From positions 1 through 64,000 of IMG/VR virus record IMGVR_UViG_3300020172_002590: 64,000 nucleotides of DNA. One strand, written 5' to 3'. This DNA comes from a virus. Lineage: Duplodnaviria > Caudoviricetes. Below the pieces are notes generated by a model. The model searched no databases. It was not told the origin of the DNA and worked only from the letters and a program-made list of their open reading frames with translations. A program made the translations under genes and the position numbers. Positions 54,903-64,000 of the stretch are shown one piece after another; the first letter of the stretch is position 1, and the number at the start of each line of letters is the position of its first letter.

Positions 54903-57900
54903 TCTTTAATCCTTTCATGTCTATGTACTGTTCAATTGGAATCATTGATCTCTCATTCTCAATCTTGTATGAGTCCAATCTTGTTAGAGTTTTCTTGTCC
55001 TCAATTTTAGCAAGTTTTGCAGCATACCATGTGTTCTTTTTGATAATATTTTTCAGTTTTCCGAATACCGAAGGGAACAGAACGATCTTAAAGATTTGTT
55101 CTCCATCCCAGCAATACAAGTTAGCCATATCCTTACCAGTTTGTGTGGTGAAGAATCGTGTGTGAAAAATGTACAACAATGTCTTTTCGTTATTAACGCT
55201 CCCCAACCCCGATGGATACAGCCACCCAAAGTCATGCTCTAAGCCTTTGGCTCTCAATTTGATAAAGTCATGCAATGGTGTATCAATATAGTTAAAAGCG
55301 TCACTAAAGGCATGGAGCGTTCGGTCACCGATAAGGGCATAGAGATAGTCTCTGACGGCCACCTCGGTATCACGCTCTGCAAACACCGTAGCAGAGCCTG
55401 AGGCATCTTCAAATTCAATACGGAGGTATTGGGGGGTTTTCTTAGTAGAACGCACCACAGCCTTAACCAGCGTCAATGGAGAGTTGATTTCATGGAAGTT
55501 TGCTATGTCCTCTACGAATTCATCCATCTCATTCCTATCCGAAGCCAATGTAATAGGGAATCCTAGGATTGGTAGATAGTATCTTTCATGCTCATATTGG
55601 GATTCAAACCCGATTGATTTGAAAGCACCTACCTTTTCTAAGTTTTCCTTGACATTGGATCTTACGGCTCTCTTAGAGCATTTGTTTACGAATTCATCGT
55701 AAGAGTTAAATGGTCTCTTTGAAGTAATCTCTTCAATGGCTGTCTTGCCACAAGCCTGAACATTGCTCAACCCAAAACGAATACCCTCTACTCCGTCTTC
55801 ACTGCCGATAGTAAAGTACTCGTCTGATTCATTGATATCAGGAGGAAGAACCTTAACCCCAAGTCTTTGCGCTTCCATAAGATATGCAGTAATCTTATCT
55901 GTTGAGTCCTCGTTGCAAAGCAATGCCCAAGTAAACTCAAGAGGATAATAAACTTTCAACCACATTGTCTGATACGACAACATTGAATATGCAACGGCAT
56001 GAGATTTGTTAAACATATACAAAGCCGCTAGTTCAAAGTCAGCCCAAATCTTTTCCGCTTTCTCTCTCGTAATATATTTGTTATTGACGAACTTTTCTCT
56101 GTATTCATCAAATCCAGCAGCATCACGCTTCTTACCAATGATCTTACGAAGTTTGTCTGCTTCTGACCAAGTAAAGTCAGCAAGTAGCACAGCCATTTGC
56201 ATTAACTGCTCTTGGAAGATAACTGTTCCATAAGTTTCACGAAGAATGTCTTCTACTAATGGATGAGGATACCTAGGCTTCTTTTCCCCCTTCTTACATT
56301 CAATATAAGTTTTACCCTGAGAAAGTAATGCACCTGGTCTTACAAGAGCGTTGCTAACAACCAAGTCATTGAAGTCATCAATGCCCATTCGTTCAATGAG
56401 ATTCCTATAAGCAGCGGCATCAGCTTGGAATACCCCAACTGTGTTACCGTTTGCAATGTTTTGGTATACAGCCTTGTCATCAAGCCTGAGTGATTCTTCT
56501 GTAACATCTACACCTGTTCTTTCTTTAATCTTTGAAATACAATCTTTAATAACTGATACTGTTTTTAGACCCAATACGTCAATCTTAATTAGACCAACTG
56601 CTTCAGCGTCTTCCATATCAAAAGCAGTAACAATAGATCTAACTCCTGAGTTAACATCTTTTCTTGTTTCTACAGGACAGATATCAGTTAATGGGATTGA
56701 AGAAACAACCATGCCAGCAGCATGAATGCCTGCGTTACGAATTCGACCTTCTAATTGTTTTGATAACTTTGCAACATCAGGATACTTTTTACAAAAAATC
56801 TTACCCTTGTCAGAAGTCTCAAGTTCTTCTAATGTTTCAAAGTATGGAGTAATTGCGTTAATCTCTTGAAAAGGAACTTGATAAACTCTTGAAACATCCT
56901 TAACAGCCGACTTTGGTTTGTAAGTTCCATATGTTGTAATAGCGGCAACATTATCATGACCCCATCTTTCACGAAGATAGTTTCTAACTTCATGTCTGCG
57001 CTTATCTTCAAAGTCTAAGTCAATGTCGGGATAGTCATTACGGTCTGGGTTAATAAAACGCGCAAATAGCAAACTATACTTGATTGGATCAACTTTAGAA
57101 ATATCCAACAAGAACGCTAAGATGCTTCCACCGACAGAGCCTCGGCCTGTACCACGACCAATGTTGTTCTGGTCTGCCCATTTAACCAAGTCCCATACAA
57201 TCAAGAAGTAGTCAGCAAATCCCAATTGTTTAATGATTGCTAATTCTTCATCAAGACGAGTCTTGTATTCTTCACCGTATCCTCTTGATTGCAATTCAAA
57301 TTCAGTAATCTCACGAAGATAATCATCAGAGTTGAATAACTTAGAATACTTAGGCAATAGATTTGCTCTTTTTTGAAGTCTTGCAGTGCATTTGTCTGCA
57401 ACTTCAATTGTATTCTCTAGAAATGATGCATTAGAATATCCAGCTTCTTGAAACCAACTAAATACAGTATCAGCATCAGCAACATAAGGATTGATTTCAT
57501 CAAATCGCAAGAAACGATTTGGGTACATCTTATTAATCTTGTCAACTACAGAAGCACTAGGGTCATTAATAATTGAACTATTTTCTTTAGCCAATCTTTC
57601 CTCTGCTGCTCCCATACTTGGATACTGTGAAACCATAAGAAGAACTTCCTCACAACCTCTATCGTCATGAGTTGGGAAATGACAGTCAGCAGTGCCAACT
57701 ACTTTCTTATTAAAATGCTCTGCTAAGTTAATTAGACCGTCATTAATATTCTTTGGGTTCCAAGCCTGTACTTCAAAGTAAAAGTCATCCTTAAAGATTT
57801 TAATAAATCTTTCAGACAACTGCTCTGCTCTTGCGTAGTTCTTATTTTCAATAGCCTTAGAGATTGCACTACCCATGCAACCTGATAGTGCAATAATGTC

Positions 57901-58287
57901 ATCATCAACTAATGATTCAAGAAGTTCAAAGTCCATTCTTGGTTTGTAATAAAAGTTATTAGTCCAACCGATTCTTGATGCTTTAAATAACTTCTGCAAA
58001 CCCTCGTTGTTCTTAGCCAAAAGAATTAAGTGATATCTTTCGTGCTTTCCATCACCATCACTACCTACTGATGGAACAAAGTATGCTTCAATGCCAAATA
58101 TTGGCTTTACATTTTGCTTATCACAAGCTTCTTGAAATTTTAAAACACCACCCATTGTCCCATGATCGGTAATAGCAGCAGCATACTGCCCATTCCTACT
58201 TGATGTTCTTGCAATTTCTTCTGGTGTTGACATACCATCCAATAATGAATATTCTGAATGGCAGTGTAGGTGAACAAAATCAGTCAT
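54883..58287 (-). CDS. dnaE: DNA polymerase III alpha subunit (family C)
   Basis: PHP HLHCHSEYSLLDG, GRGSVGGS, PDIDLDF, KIDVLGL, FNKSHA. Confidence 0.96.
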   Translation of the reverse strand: MTDFVHLHCHSEYSLLDGMSTPEEIARTSSRNGQYAAAITDHGTMGGVLKFQEACDKQNVKPIFGIEAYFVPSVGSDGDGKHERYHLILLAKNNEGLQKLFKASRIGWTNNFYYKPRMDFELLESLVDDDIIALSGCMGSAISKAIENKNYARAEQLSERFIKIFKDDFYFEVQAWNPKNINDGLINLAEHFNKKVVGTADCHFPTHDDRGCEEVLLMVSQYPSMGAAEERLAKENSSIINDPSASVVDKINKMYPNRFLRFDEINPYVADADTVFSWFQEAGYSNASFLENTIEVADKCTARLQKRANLLPKYSKLFNSDDYLREITEFELQSRGYGEEYKTRLDEELAIIKQLGFADYFLIVWDLVKWADQNNIGRGTGRGSVGGSILAFLLDISKVDPIKYSLLFARFINPDRNDYPDIDLDFEDKRRHEVRNYLRERWGHDNVAAITTYGTYKPKSAVKDVSRVYQVPFQEINAITPYFETLEELETSDKGKIFCKKYPDVAKLSKQLEGRIRNAGIHAAGMVVSSIPLTDICPVETRKDVNSGVRSIVTAFDMEDAEAVGLIKIDVLGLKTVSVIKDCISKIKERTGVDVTEESLRLDDKAVYQNIANGNTVGVFQADAAAYRNLIERMGIDDFNDLVVSNALVRPGALLSQGKTYIECKKGEKKPRYPHPLVEDILRETYGTVIFQEQLMQMAVLLADFTWSEADKLRKIIGKKRDAAGFDEYREKFVNNKYITREKAEKIWADFELAALYMFNKSHAVAYSMLSYQTMWLKVYYPLEFTWALLCNEDSTDKITAYLMEAQRLGVKVLPPDINESDEYFTIGSEDGVEGIRFGLSNVQACGKTAIEEITSKRPFNSYDEFVNKCSKRAVRSNVKENLEKVGAFKSIGFESQYEHERYYLPILGFPITLASDRNEMDEFVEDIANFHEINSPLTLVKAVVRSTKKTPQYLRIEFEDASGSATVFAERDTEVAVRDYLYALIGDRTLHAFSDAFNYIDTPLHDFIKLRAKGLEHDFGWLYPSGLGSVNNEKTLLYIFHTRFFTTQTGKDMANLYCWDGEQIFKIVLFPSVFGKLKNIIKKNTWYAAKLAKIEDKKTLTRLDSYKIENERSMIPIEQYIDMKGLKNASMVG

Positions 58288-58804
58288 TGATTTCCAATTC
58301 TAGTAGACCGCCGATTGTAGGCAGTTCGTTCCAATATTTGCGATTGTACCATGCTTTTCTAAGGAAAGCGTTATGACCTTCCTCAAGAAGTGTGATTACT
58401 TCATTTGGGTTATCTTCTACAATGAATTCAGGGTTTAATTCCTTAATTACATTGTGCTTTTCACCCATCTTACAGAAGATAGGCTTCATAGTGTTTATCT
58501 TCCACTCATCAAGCCATTGCTCTGTTACTTCAATAGATGCAGGAGTTCGTCTAGCAGTAACAATATATACATCATTACCGTTAGAAAACCACTTGTTAAC
58601 TTGATGCCATGCATCTTCAAAAGGTTTTAAATTTCTCCAAAATAAAGATGAACTCATTATTTCATCTGATAATTCGCATTCATGATGCGTAGTCAGCCAT
58701 TCTGTATAATCATAATCAAAATGGCCTCTTTCTTCAAGTTCTATATTTAACGCTTCGCCAATGTCTGCGATTACGCCATCTAGGTCTAAGGCTATCTTTT
58801 TCAT
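58280..58804 (-). CDS. HAD-family 5'(3')-deoxyribonucleotidase-like protein
   Basis: LDLDGVIAD, IVTAR, IVEDN. Confidence 0.8.
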   Translation of the reverse strand: MKKIALDLDGVIADIGEALNIELEERGHFDYDYTEWLTTHHECELSDEIMSSSLFWRNLKPFEDAWHQVNKWFSNGNDVYIVTARRTPASIEVTEQWLDEWKINTMKPIFCKMGEKHNVIKELNPEFIVEDNPNEVITLLEEGHNAFLRKAWYNRKYWNELPTIGGLLELEIND

Positions 58805-58863
58805 AAAATGAGGATTGGGGAGTGGTTTTTACACCACTCCCCTCTCGCATCATACCTTTCTAA

Positions 58864-59511
58864 TTACCACTCTTCTTTGGTGATTTCGCCAGTCGTATAG
58901 AAACGCTCTTGCTTATCGTATGGCAATGTCAAATAAGTGTTTTCAAGTTCATGCATAGGCAATTGCTTAATTTCACTTGTCATTTCTGAGACACTCAATG
59001 GAATAAGGCTATAGTTAGTGTCAGATGCTCCTGAACCTTGACGAGAATACTTGTAGTCACGATCAGTGATTGTCCCAAATTCCTTTGCGTACTCAATCAA
59101 GATTGCACCAATATGACGCTGATTGAAAGTAGTGTCAATGATTCGTGGTTCCCAAACTCCCGGCTCAACCTCAACTGCAACATTGATAATCAAGTGAGTC
59201 TTTGGTCTCCAAGCCTTATCCTTATGAACCTGCTCTGAGGCCCAGCATCTAAAACCAAACTTTTCAATCTGGGCAGTAGAAGCTGCTCTCCATTTCCAGT
59301 TAATTGGAGAAGTAATAACAGGAACCATAATACCTGTCCCAAACTTCTCATCGTAGCCTTTGCCATCCTCAGTTAGTTCCTGACGGAAACGAACTTTAAC
59401 GGACTCTCCAGCACCAATTGTTAGATACTTCTTAGTGCCAGTCTTTTGTGCACCTGCTACTGGTGCTACTGTCTTTTCTAATTCTGATAGTGTTTTTACT
59501 GATTTAAACAT
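58864..59511 (-). CDS. putative single-stranded DNA-binding protein (gp32-like)
   Basis: GESVKVRF, SRQGSG..DTNY, acidic/aromatic tail, location in replication cluster. Confidence 0.6.
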   Translation of the reverse strand: MFKSVKTLSELEKTVAPVAGAQKTGTKKYLTIGAGESVKVRFRQELTEDGKGYDEKFGTGIMVPVITSPINWKWRAASTAQIEKFGFRCWASEQVHKDKAWRPKTHLIINVAVEVEPGVWEPRIIDTTFNQRHIGAILIEYAKEFGTITDRDYKYSRQGSGASDTNYSLIPLSVSEMTSEIKQLPMHELENTYLTLPYDKQERFYTTGEITKEEW

Positions 59512-59526
59512 TTGTTTATACCTTCC

Positions 59527-60471
59527 TTATATGTGTATTTGTTTGTTTGTTAATGTAAGTTTAATTTCTGTTTCTGTCATATCACCTGCATCCTTGCGGT
59601 CCTCAGGTAATGTGACTGTGTAGAGTTCCTTGCCACTACACGCATCCAGTATATCATGCTTCATCTGCTCTCCAGCCTCATCATTATCCGAGAAGATAAT
59701 TATTTTATCAAAATATCTTCTAAGTAATTTGTATTGATACTCTGAAACTTTTGAGCCGAGTGTAGCAACAACATTGGGAAAACCAGATTGATGAATGAAC
59801 ATTGCATCAACACTACCTTCCACAACTATGCAAGAATCATACTGTTTTGCATTTTGGATATTAAACAATACATCGGCTCTTTTAAAGCCTTTGTTGTATA
59901 AGTATCTTGGCTCTTGCTCCGTACTGATAGCACGACCAATAAAGCCAACTAACTTATATTGTGCATCCCTTACAGGAATTACAATTCTTTCTTTCTTGGT
60001 TGAATAACCAATTTCAAAATATTCAAGTGTTTCAACTAATAGCCCTCTTTCAATGAAAGTAAATAGATTATTAATTTCATCTTCATTAGAGTAATCAATC
60101 TCAACATCAGAAATATTTAATTGTTCTTTTTCTCCCTCTTCATAATTTAAATCTCTATCAATAGCATTTTTAAGGGCTAAGTGATCTAGCTTTATATCTT
60201 TTGTAAAAGGCTTACCAGTAATCTGTTTGTACAGTTGTCTGAAATTACCCTTTTTACCGCAAGACGGATTAAAGCATTGCCAAAGACCAGTTTTTACATT
60301 TATATAAAAAGCAGGACTATGTAGATTTTTATGAAATGGGCAAAAGATTGTTACTTCATTCATACCCTCATTATGGATATGAATATTATAATTATCAAAT
60401 AACTCTCTTATGTTTCTTTCAATATTACTTGAAGAAATGTAACTGGAATTTGAAGATATTTGATTTCGCAT
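59527..60471 (-). CDS. dnaG: DnaG-type DNA primase
   Basis: CPFH zinc finger, VVEGSVDA, SDNDEAG TOPRIM. Confidence 0.9.
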   Translation of the reverse strand: MRNQISSNSSYISSSNIERNIRELFDNYNIHIHNEGMNEVTIFCPFHKNLHSPAFYINVKTGLWQCFNPSCGKKGNFRQLYKQITGKPFTKDIKLDHLALKNAIDRDLNYEEGEKEQLNISDVEIDYSNEDEINNLFTFIERGLLVETLEYFEIGYSTKKERIVIPVRDAQYKLVGFIGRAISTEQEPRYLYNKGFKRADVLFNIQNAKQYDSCIVVEGSVDAMFIHQSGFPNVVATLGSKVSEYQYKLLRRYFDKIIIFSDNDEAGEQMKHDILDACSGKELYTVTLPEDRKDAGDMTETEIKLTLTNKQIHI

Positions 60472-60646
60472 CGTAGTCTGTTGTTAGCTTAGTCTTCTTA
60501 AAATCACCGTATTCGGCCTTCCATTCATCTTCAATCCAAGGTCTCAACCTTACGATTGTCTCAATGTCTTGAGCCTCACCAGCAATATACTTCTTTGGAA
60601 TTATAGTTCCCATTCTTCTGTCCACTTTCCTGTCTCTAGGTTCCAT
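60425..60646 (-). CDS. hypothetical protein
   Basis: between helicase and primase. Confidence 0.5.
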   Translation of the reverse strand: MEPRDRKVDRRMGTIIPKKYIAGEAQDIETIVRLRPWIEDEWKAEYGDFKKTKLTTDYDAKSNIFKFQLHFFK

Positions 60647-61818
60647 CTTAGATAAAAACCAAAATGTGTTGATCTTCTTACTTTTCTTGATACTACTTGA
60701 AATACATCTGAATTATATTCACGATGAATTGCAAGCACTAAGTCTGCATCGTAAGCAAGTTGCTTACTCCATGCTACCTCTTCCAATTCTGGCGGTCTTT
60801 CTGAGTGACCTTCATTCATTGTTACTGCTGCTACGTCAATGATAGGAATACCATTTTTAACAGCAATTCTCTTGAATGCCTTTGAAAGATTTTTTGCCTT
60901 CTCTGTCTCATTTTTTGCACCACTGGCATCATCAAATAATCCGTGGTAATCCAAAATAACCATGTCAGGATGATATTGGTCAATCTTTGCTTGAACCATA
61001 TTTTGATCTGCAGTTTCAAGACCCTCTGATGTTACAAGATAGATAGGATGCTTACCCTCAAAGGTTGCTTCAGCCCATCTCTCATAACTATCCACAATGC
61101 CCCTGTTCGCTTTTACAAGATCGGTATTGGTAAAGTGACCTTCTCCATTGTTTAACAATGTATCAAGTCTCTGGCCCTCCTGTTGCTTATTCATTTCTAA
61201 TGAAATAATCAATGGGCGATAACCTGCTCTCCAAGCATTAGCAGCAAATAGTCTAGCAATAAAACTTTTACCAACTCCTGTCCAACCTAAAAGAACAACA
61301 AAGTCTCCCGGTTGCCAACCACCAAAAGATTTATCAAGAACTTTAATACCACTTGGAATCCCAGGAATATCTCTAGCTTCTTGCAAGGATCTTTCTCTTA
61401 AGTTGTCTGCTCTATCTTTCCACTCACTTACTAAGTCAGTATCTTTCAAGCTGCTAGAGAACTTATACAATTGAGATGTTGATTGCATAAGGTAAGCCAT
61501 TGATTCTTTTGGCCCCATATCTTTGAGTATATTATGTGCCTTAGAAATAATCTGTCTTGTCTGATAGGACAGAGATTCCCTCTTTGCTTCATCAATATAA
61601 TAAGTTAATGGCTCAGGTGTGTTAATAAATTCAAAGTCTGGGTAATGATGTTTTACCGTATCTTTTGATGGTGTCTTTTTATATTCATCGTAGTGTTGCA
61701 CTACGAAATTCCAAATGTCACGGTATTCAACGAATACATTCTCAATGCCATCGTTTACTGCCGTTACATATTCTCCAGAATTAAGTAAGGAGTTTATAAC
61801 CCTTAACTCATAATTCAT
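60601..61818 (-). CDS. dnaB: DnaB-like replicative helicase
   Basis: GWTGVGKS, ISLEM, VILDY, YDADLV. Confidence 0.9.
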   Translation of the reverse strand: MNYELRVINSLLNSGEYVTAVNDGIENVFVEYRDIWNFVVQHYDEYKKTPSKDTVKHHYPDFEFINTPEPLTYYIDEAKRESLSYQTRQIISKAHNILKDMGPKESMAYLMQSTSQLYKFSSSLKDTDLVSEWKDRADNLRERSLQEARDIPGIPSGIKVLDKSFGGWQPGDFVVLLGWTGVGKSFIARLFAANAWRAGYRPLIISLEMNKQQEGQRLDTLLNNGEGHFTNTDLVKANRGIVDSYERWAEATFEGKHPIYLVTSEGLETADQNMVQAKIDQYHPDMVILDYHGLFDDASGAKNETEKAKNLSKAFKRIAVKNGIPIIDVAAVTMNEGHSERPPELEEVAWSKQLAYDADLVLAIHREYNSDVFQVVSRKVRRSTHFGFYLRWNLETGKWTEEWEL

Positions 61819-62116
61819 CTGTCATTCGCTTTCTTGTTTCTTCTAATATTGCCTGAAATTTGCTTTCTGATTTATTATCAAATTGCACCTTGTCTATATA
61901 TGTCTTAGATTCAATTGCAAAATCAAAAACTAAAACTGGCCCTGACTTTGCTTTGACAAAAGATTCAATTGCCTTAAACAACAGTTCTGATTCATAGAAT
62001 TCAGAGATTGCTTTTGCTACTGGCTCTTGTCTTGGTGAATCTGGGATAAACAACTTACTGTGCTTTTTGCAACAATCTTGAAAGTGTTGAATTGTCTGTT
62101 CTCCAGTTACTTTCAT
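61808..62116 (-). CDS. hypothetical protein
   Basis: packed ORF upstream of helicase. Confidence 0.6.
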   Translation of the reverse strand: MKVTGEQTIQHFQDCCKKHSKLFIPDSPRQEPVAKAISEFYESELLFKAIESFVKAKSGPVLVFDFAIESKTYIDKVQFDNKSESKFQAILEETRKRMTDEL

Positions 62117-62357
62117 CTTCCTTAGATGCTCTTTTCCAAATCGTGTTGAGGTAATCATACTCTGACATACCTGCAACAACTCCTACAAAATAATCATTTT
62201 CTAATGCCATTATTAGGCATTCTTTTTTAACATTACATCTCGCACAGCCAGATTTTGCATATTCAACATCGTTAAGATCATAAGACAGCCATTTGTTAGC
62301 AAACTTATCGTTAGTACAAACTGCCTCATCTCTCCAACTACTTTGTTGTTGCATCAT
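62055..62357 (-). CDS. WhiB-like protein
   Basis: WRDEAVC...CARCNVKKECL...GVVAG. Confidence 0.75.
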   Translation of the reverse strand: MMQQQSSWRDEAVCTNDKFANKWLSYDLNDVEYAKSGCARCNVKKECLIMALENDYFVGVVAGMSEYDYLNTIWKRASKEDESNWRTDNSTLSRLLQKAQ

Positions 62358-62541
62358 CCAACTCTTTGAGTTTTGCTTCAATTTGCAAATCAATAGAATC
62401 CCAAAGCTTTTTCCAAGCTGCTTCGTCTTCTAAAGATGATGCCATTGTCTTTGCACCTGCATCCAATCTTAGCGACTCATAGTTGCCAAGATTTTTCGTG
62501 ATGCCAAGTGATGCCCAAATTTCTACTTTTTCTTCTGCCAT
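62338..62541 (-). CDS. conserved phage hypothetical protein
   Basis: GITKNLGNYESLRLD. Confidence 0.7.
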   Translation of the reverse strand: MAEEKVEIWASLGITKNLGNYESLRLDAGAKTMASSLEDEAAWKKLWDSIDLQIEAKLKELDDATTK

Positions 62542-62548
62542 AATTACC

Positions 62549-62983
62549 TCAGAATTTTAATTTTACTTTCTGTTCAATTGATTTAATTTTTGAATTAACA
62601 TCAATACTTTTACTTTGCGCTGGTCTTCCCGGAATCCTAGTGTTAAAGAATTCAATCATCTCATAAATGTCTGATTCTTCATAGTATCTCCAGTTTTCAT
62701 AGCTTTTATACTTATCCCCAAATTTATTTGGTGAGGGAATAAGATTTTTTTTCTCATACTTTCTTAGGGTATCAGATCTTTTTTCTACAATCTTTGCAAC
62801 TTCTCCAACAGTATAAAGTCGTGTTAGAAGAATTTCGCATTGCTCGTATGGTATCAGAATAGATTCTCCATTGTCCAGCCTTTCGGCAAGAATCTTATTA
62901 GAATTTTTGCTGATTTTTTTTAATTTCACAATAGTGTTTGCGTATCTATAAAACTTATTTAGAACTGGTTTTCTTGTTATCAT
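62549..62983 (-). CDS. MerR-type HTH DNA-binding protein
   Basis: YTVGEVAK....DTLRKYE...WRYY. Confidence 0.75.
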   Translation of the reverse strand: MITRKPVLNKFYRYANTIVKLKKISKNSNKILAERLDNGESILIPYEQCEILLTRLYTVGEVAKIVEKRSDTLRKYEKKNLIPSPNKFGDKYKSYENWRYYEESDIYEMIEFFNTRIPGRPAQSKSIDVNSKIKSIEQKVKLKF

Positions 62984-63167
62984 TTACAACCACTTTCTCA
63001 TGCTTAAGTTTTTCTAAAAATACATTTAATTTTTCAACCTCAATATCTTTGGTATCACTACATATTACACATGTAACATCAACATAGTAAGTTCCATATA
63101 CATAATATGGTTCACCAATAAACTTAGGTCCACTACATACAGCACACTTAAGTCTAATTTTATCCAT
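62955..63167 (-). CDS. zinc-ribbon protein
   Basis: CAVC...CVIC. Confidence 0.65.
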   Translation of the reverse strand: MDKIRLKCAVCSGPKFIGEPYYVYGTYYVDVTCVICSDTKDIEVEKLNVFLEKLKHEKVVVNDNKKTSSK

Positions 63168-63168
63168 A

Positions 63169-64000
63169 TTAGTCCAACCAGCAAGTATACTCGGCAGTTA
63201 CTATTCCCTTTTCTGGGTGGATAAACATCAACGGCTGTGATGCTTTACCAATAGCAGCAAGACTCTCCATTGCGTATGTATTAGTTGATTCAGGGCTTCC
63301 TGAGATGCGACATTGAACACTATTAAATGTCATCTTAGTTGGAGTATGGAAGTGTCCAAAATAAACATCATCAAAATCCTCCTCAATTGCTCCGACCTTC
63401 CATCCATAAATCTTCTTTTGGAATGAGTAGAGAGTTGAAAGACTGCCAAACTGATCACCATGAATTAACAATGACTTATAGTTGCCAATTGTGTCAATTG
63501 CATACCAGTTTCTTTCACCACGACCATCTGGAATAATGAACTTAATCCTCTTTTCATTTTCAAACATGAGTTGAACAATGCGATAAAGCATTCTATCTCC
63601 GTTTGTTTCGGGATCGTGGTCTCTTCTTGCTCTACCGCCAATTGAACCATGATTACCAATTACACCGACAAATGTAACTGTTTCAAAATTCTCAAGCATC
63701 TTTGTCAAGAAATTCTTAATAATTCTTGGTCCATCAACAGTGATTTGACGATACAAGCCTCCATCAACTAAGAAGCTCTGACCAGGAAAGATTAATTCTC
63801 CTTCAACAATATCTCCTAAAGCCCAAACATGTAGGTGCTTAACTGGATGTTCAGTTCTCTGAATTTCCGTTAGTCTGATTACAGTATCAGCATACTGTTC
63901 AATTCTCTTTTCACAAATTTCAGAATTATAAGTAGGAGTTACTTTTGCTAACTGCCAGTCTGCAATCACAGCAACAGCAACTTCTTCTGAGTGCTTTCTT
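63169..64000 (-). CDS. calcineurin-like metallophosphoesterase, 5' end beyond window
   Basis: ADWQ, GDIVEG, GNHG, IHGD, GHFH. Confidence 0.85.
   Translation of the reverse strand, partial: RKHSEEVAVAVIADWQLAKVTPTYNSEICEKRIEQYADTVIRLTEIQRTEHPVKHLHVWALGDIVEGELIFPGQSFLVDGGLYRQITVDGPRIIKNFLTKMLENFETVTFVGVIGNHGSIGGRARRDHDPETNGDRMLYRIVQLMFENEKRIKFIIPDGRGERNWYAIDTIGNYKSLLIHGDQFGSLSTLYSFQKKIYGWKVGAIEEDFDDVYFGHFHTPTKMTFNSVQCRISGSPESTNTYAMESLAAIGKASQPLMFIHPEKGIVTAEYTCWLD

Noticed and set aside
41152-61818. Inteins or introns in terL, recA, dnaE, dnaB
   Set aside because: Normal lengths, contiguous motifs, no splice-junction or LAGLIDADG signatures seen

Overview
64-kb segment of a large, AT-rich, lytic-type tailed phage genome. 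The host is probably an actinobacterium, inferred from two WhiB genes, an MSMEG_6728-type glycosylase and many leaderless genes. 1-10.6 kb: nucleotide metabolism and accessory genes (class II RNR NrdJ cut by the window edge, GT4, ThyX, DUF1599/Nmad1, HslV-like protease, FmdB, 2OG-Fe oxygenase). ~10.7-19.1 kb: a compositionally distinct, gene-sparse island of about 12 single-gene transcription cassettes. Most have a TTGTGT-N17-TAnnnT promoter, often a leaderless ORF, an intrinsic terminator and a conserved 38-41-bp polar hairpin (GCRGGYGTAR...YTACRCCYGC). They are interspersed with TGTAATATTACA palindromes and iteron-like repeats, and the island ends in tandem DnaA boxes. Five of the cassette genes fall into two paralogous groups of basic proteins that may be one superfamily. 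19.1-39.2 kb: minus-strand block of ~55 small ORFs plus tRNA-Arg(UCU), tRNA-Ile(UAU), an SLT transglycosylase, HNH, KTSC, WhiB and a permuted GHKL ATPase. 39.6-64 kb: minus-strand packaging/replication/modification block (terminase, RuvC, Cas4-like nuclease interrupted by TAA, C5 and N6 methyltransferases, RecA, glycosyltransferase cluster, DnaE, SSB, primase, DnaB, WhiB, metallophosphoesterase). The cassette/hairpin island is the best candidate for an undescribed system. All calls are from manual motif reading; no database searches or folding programs were run.
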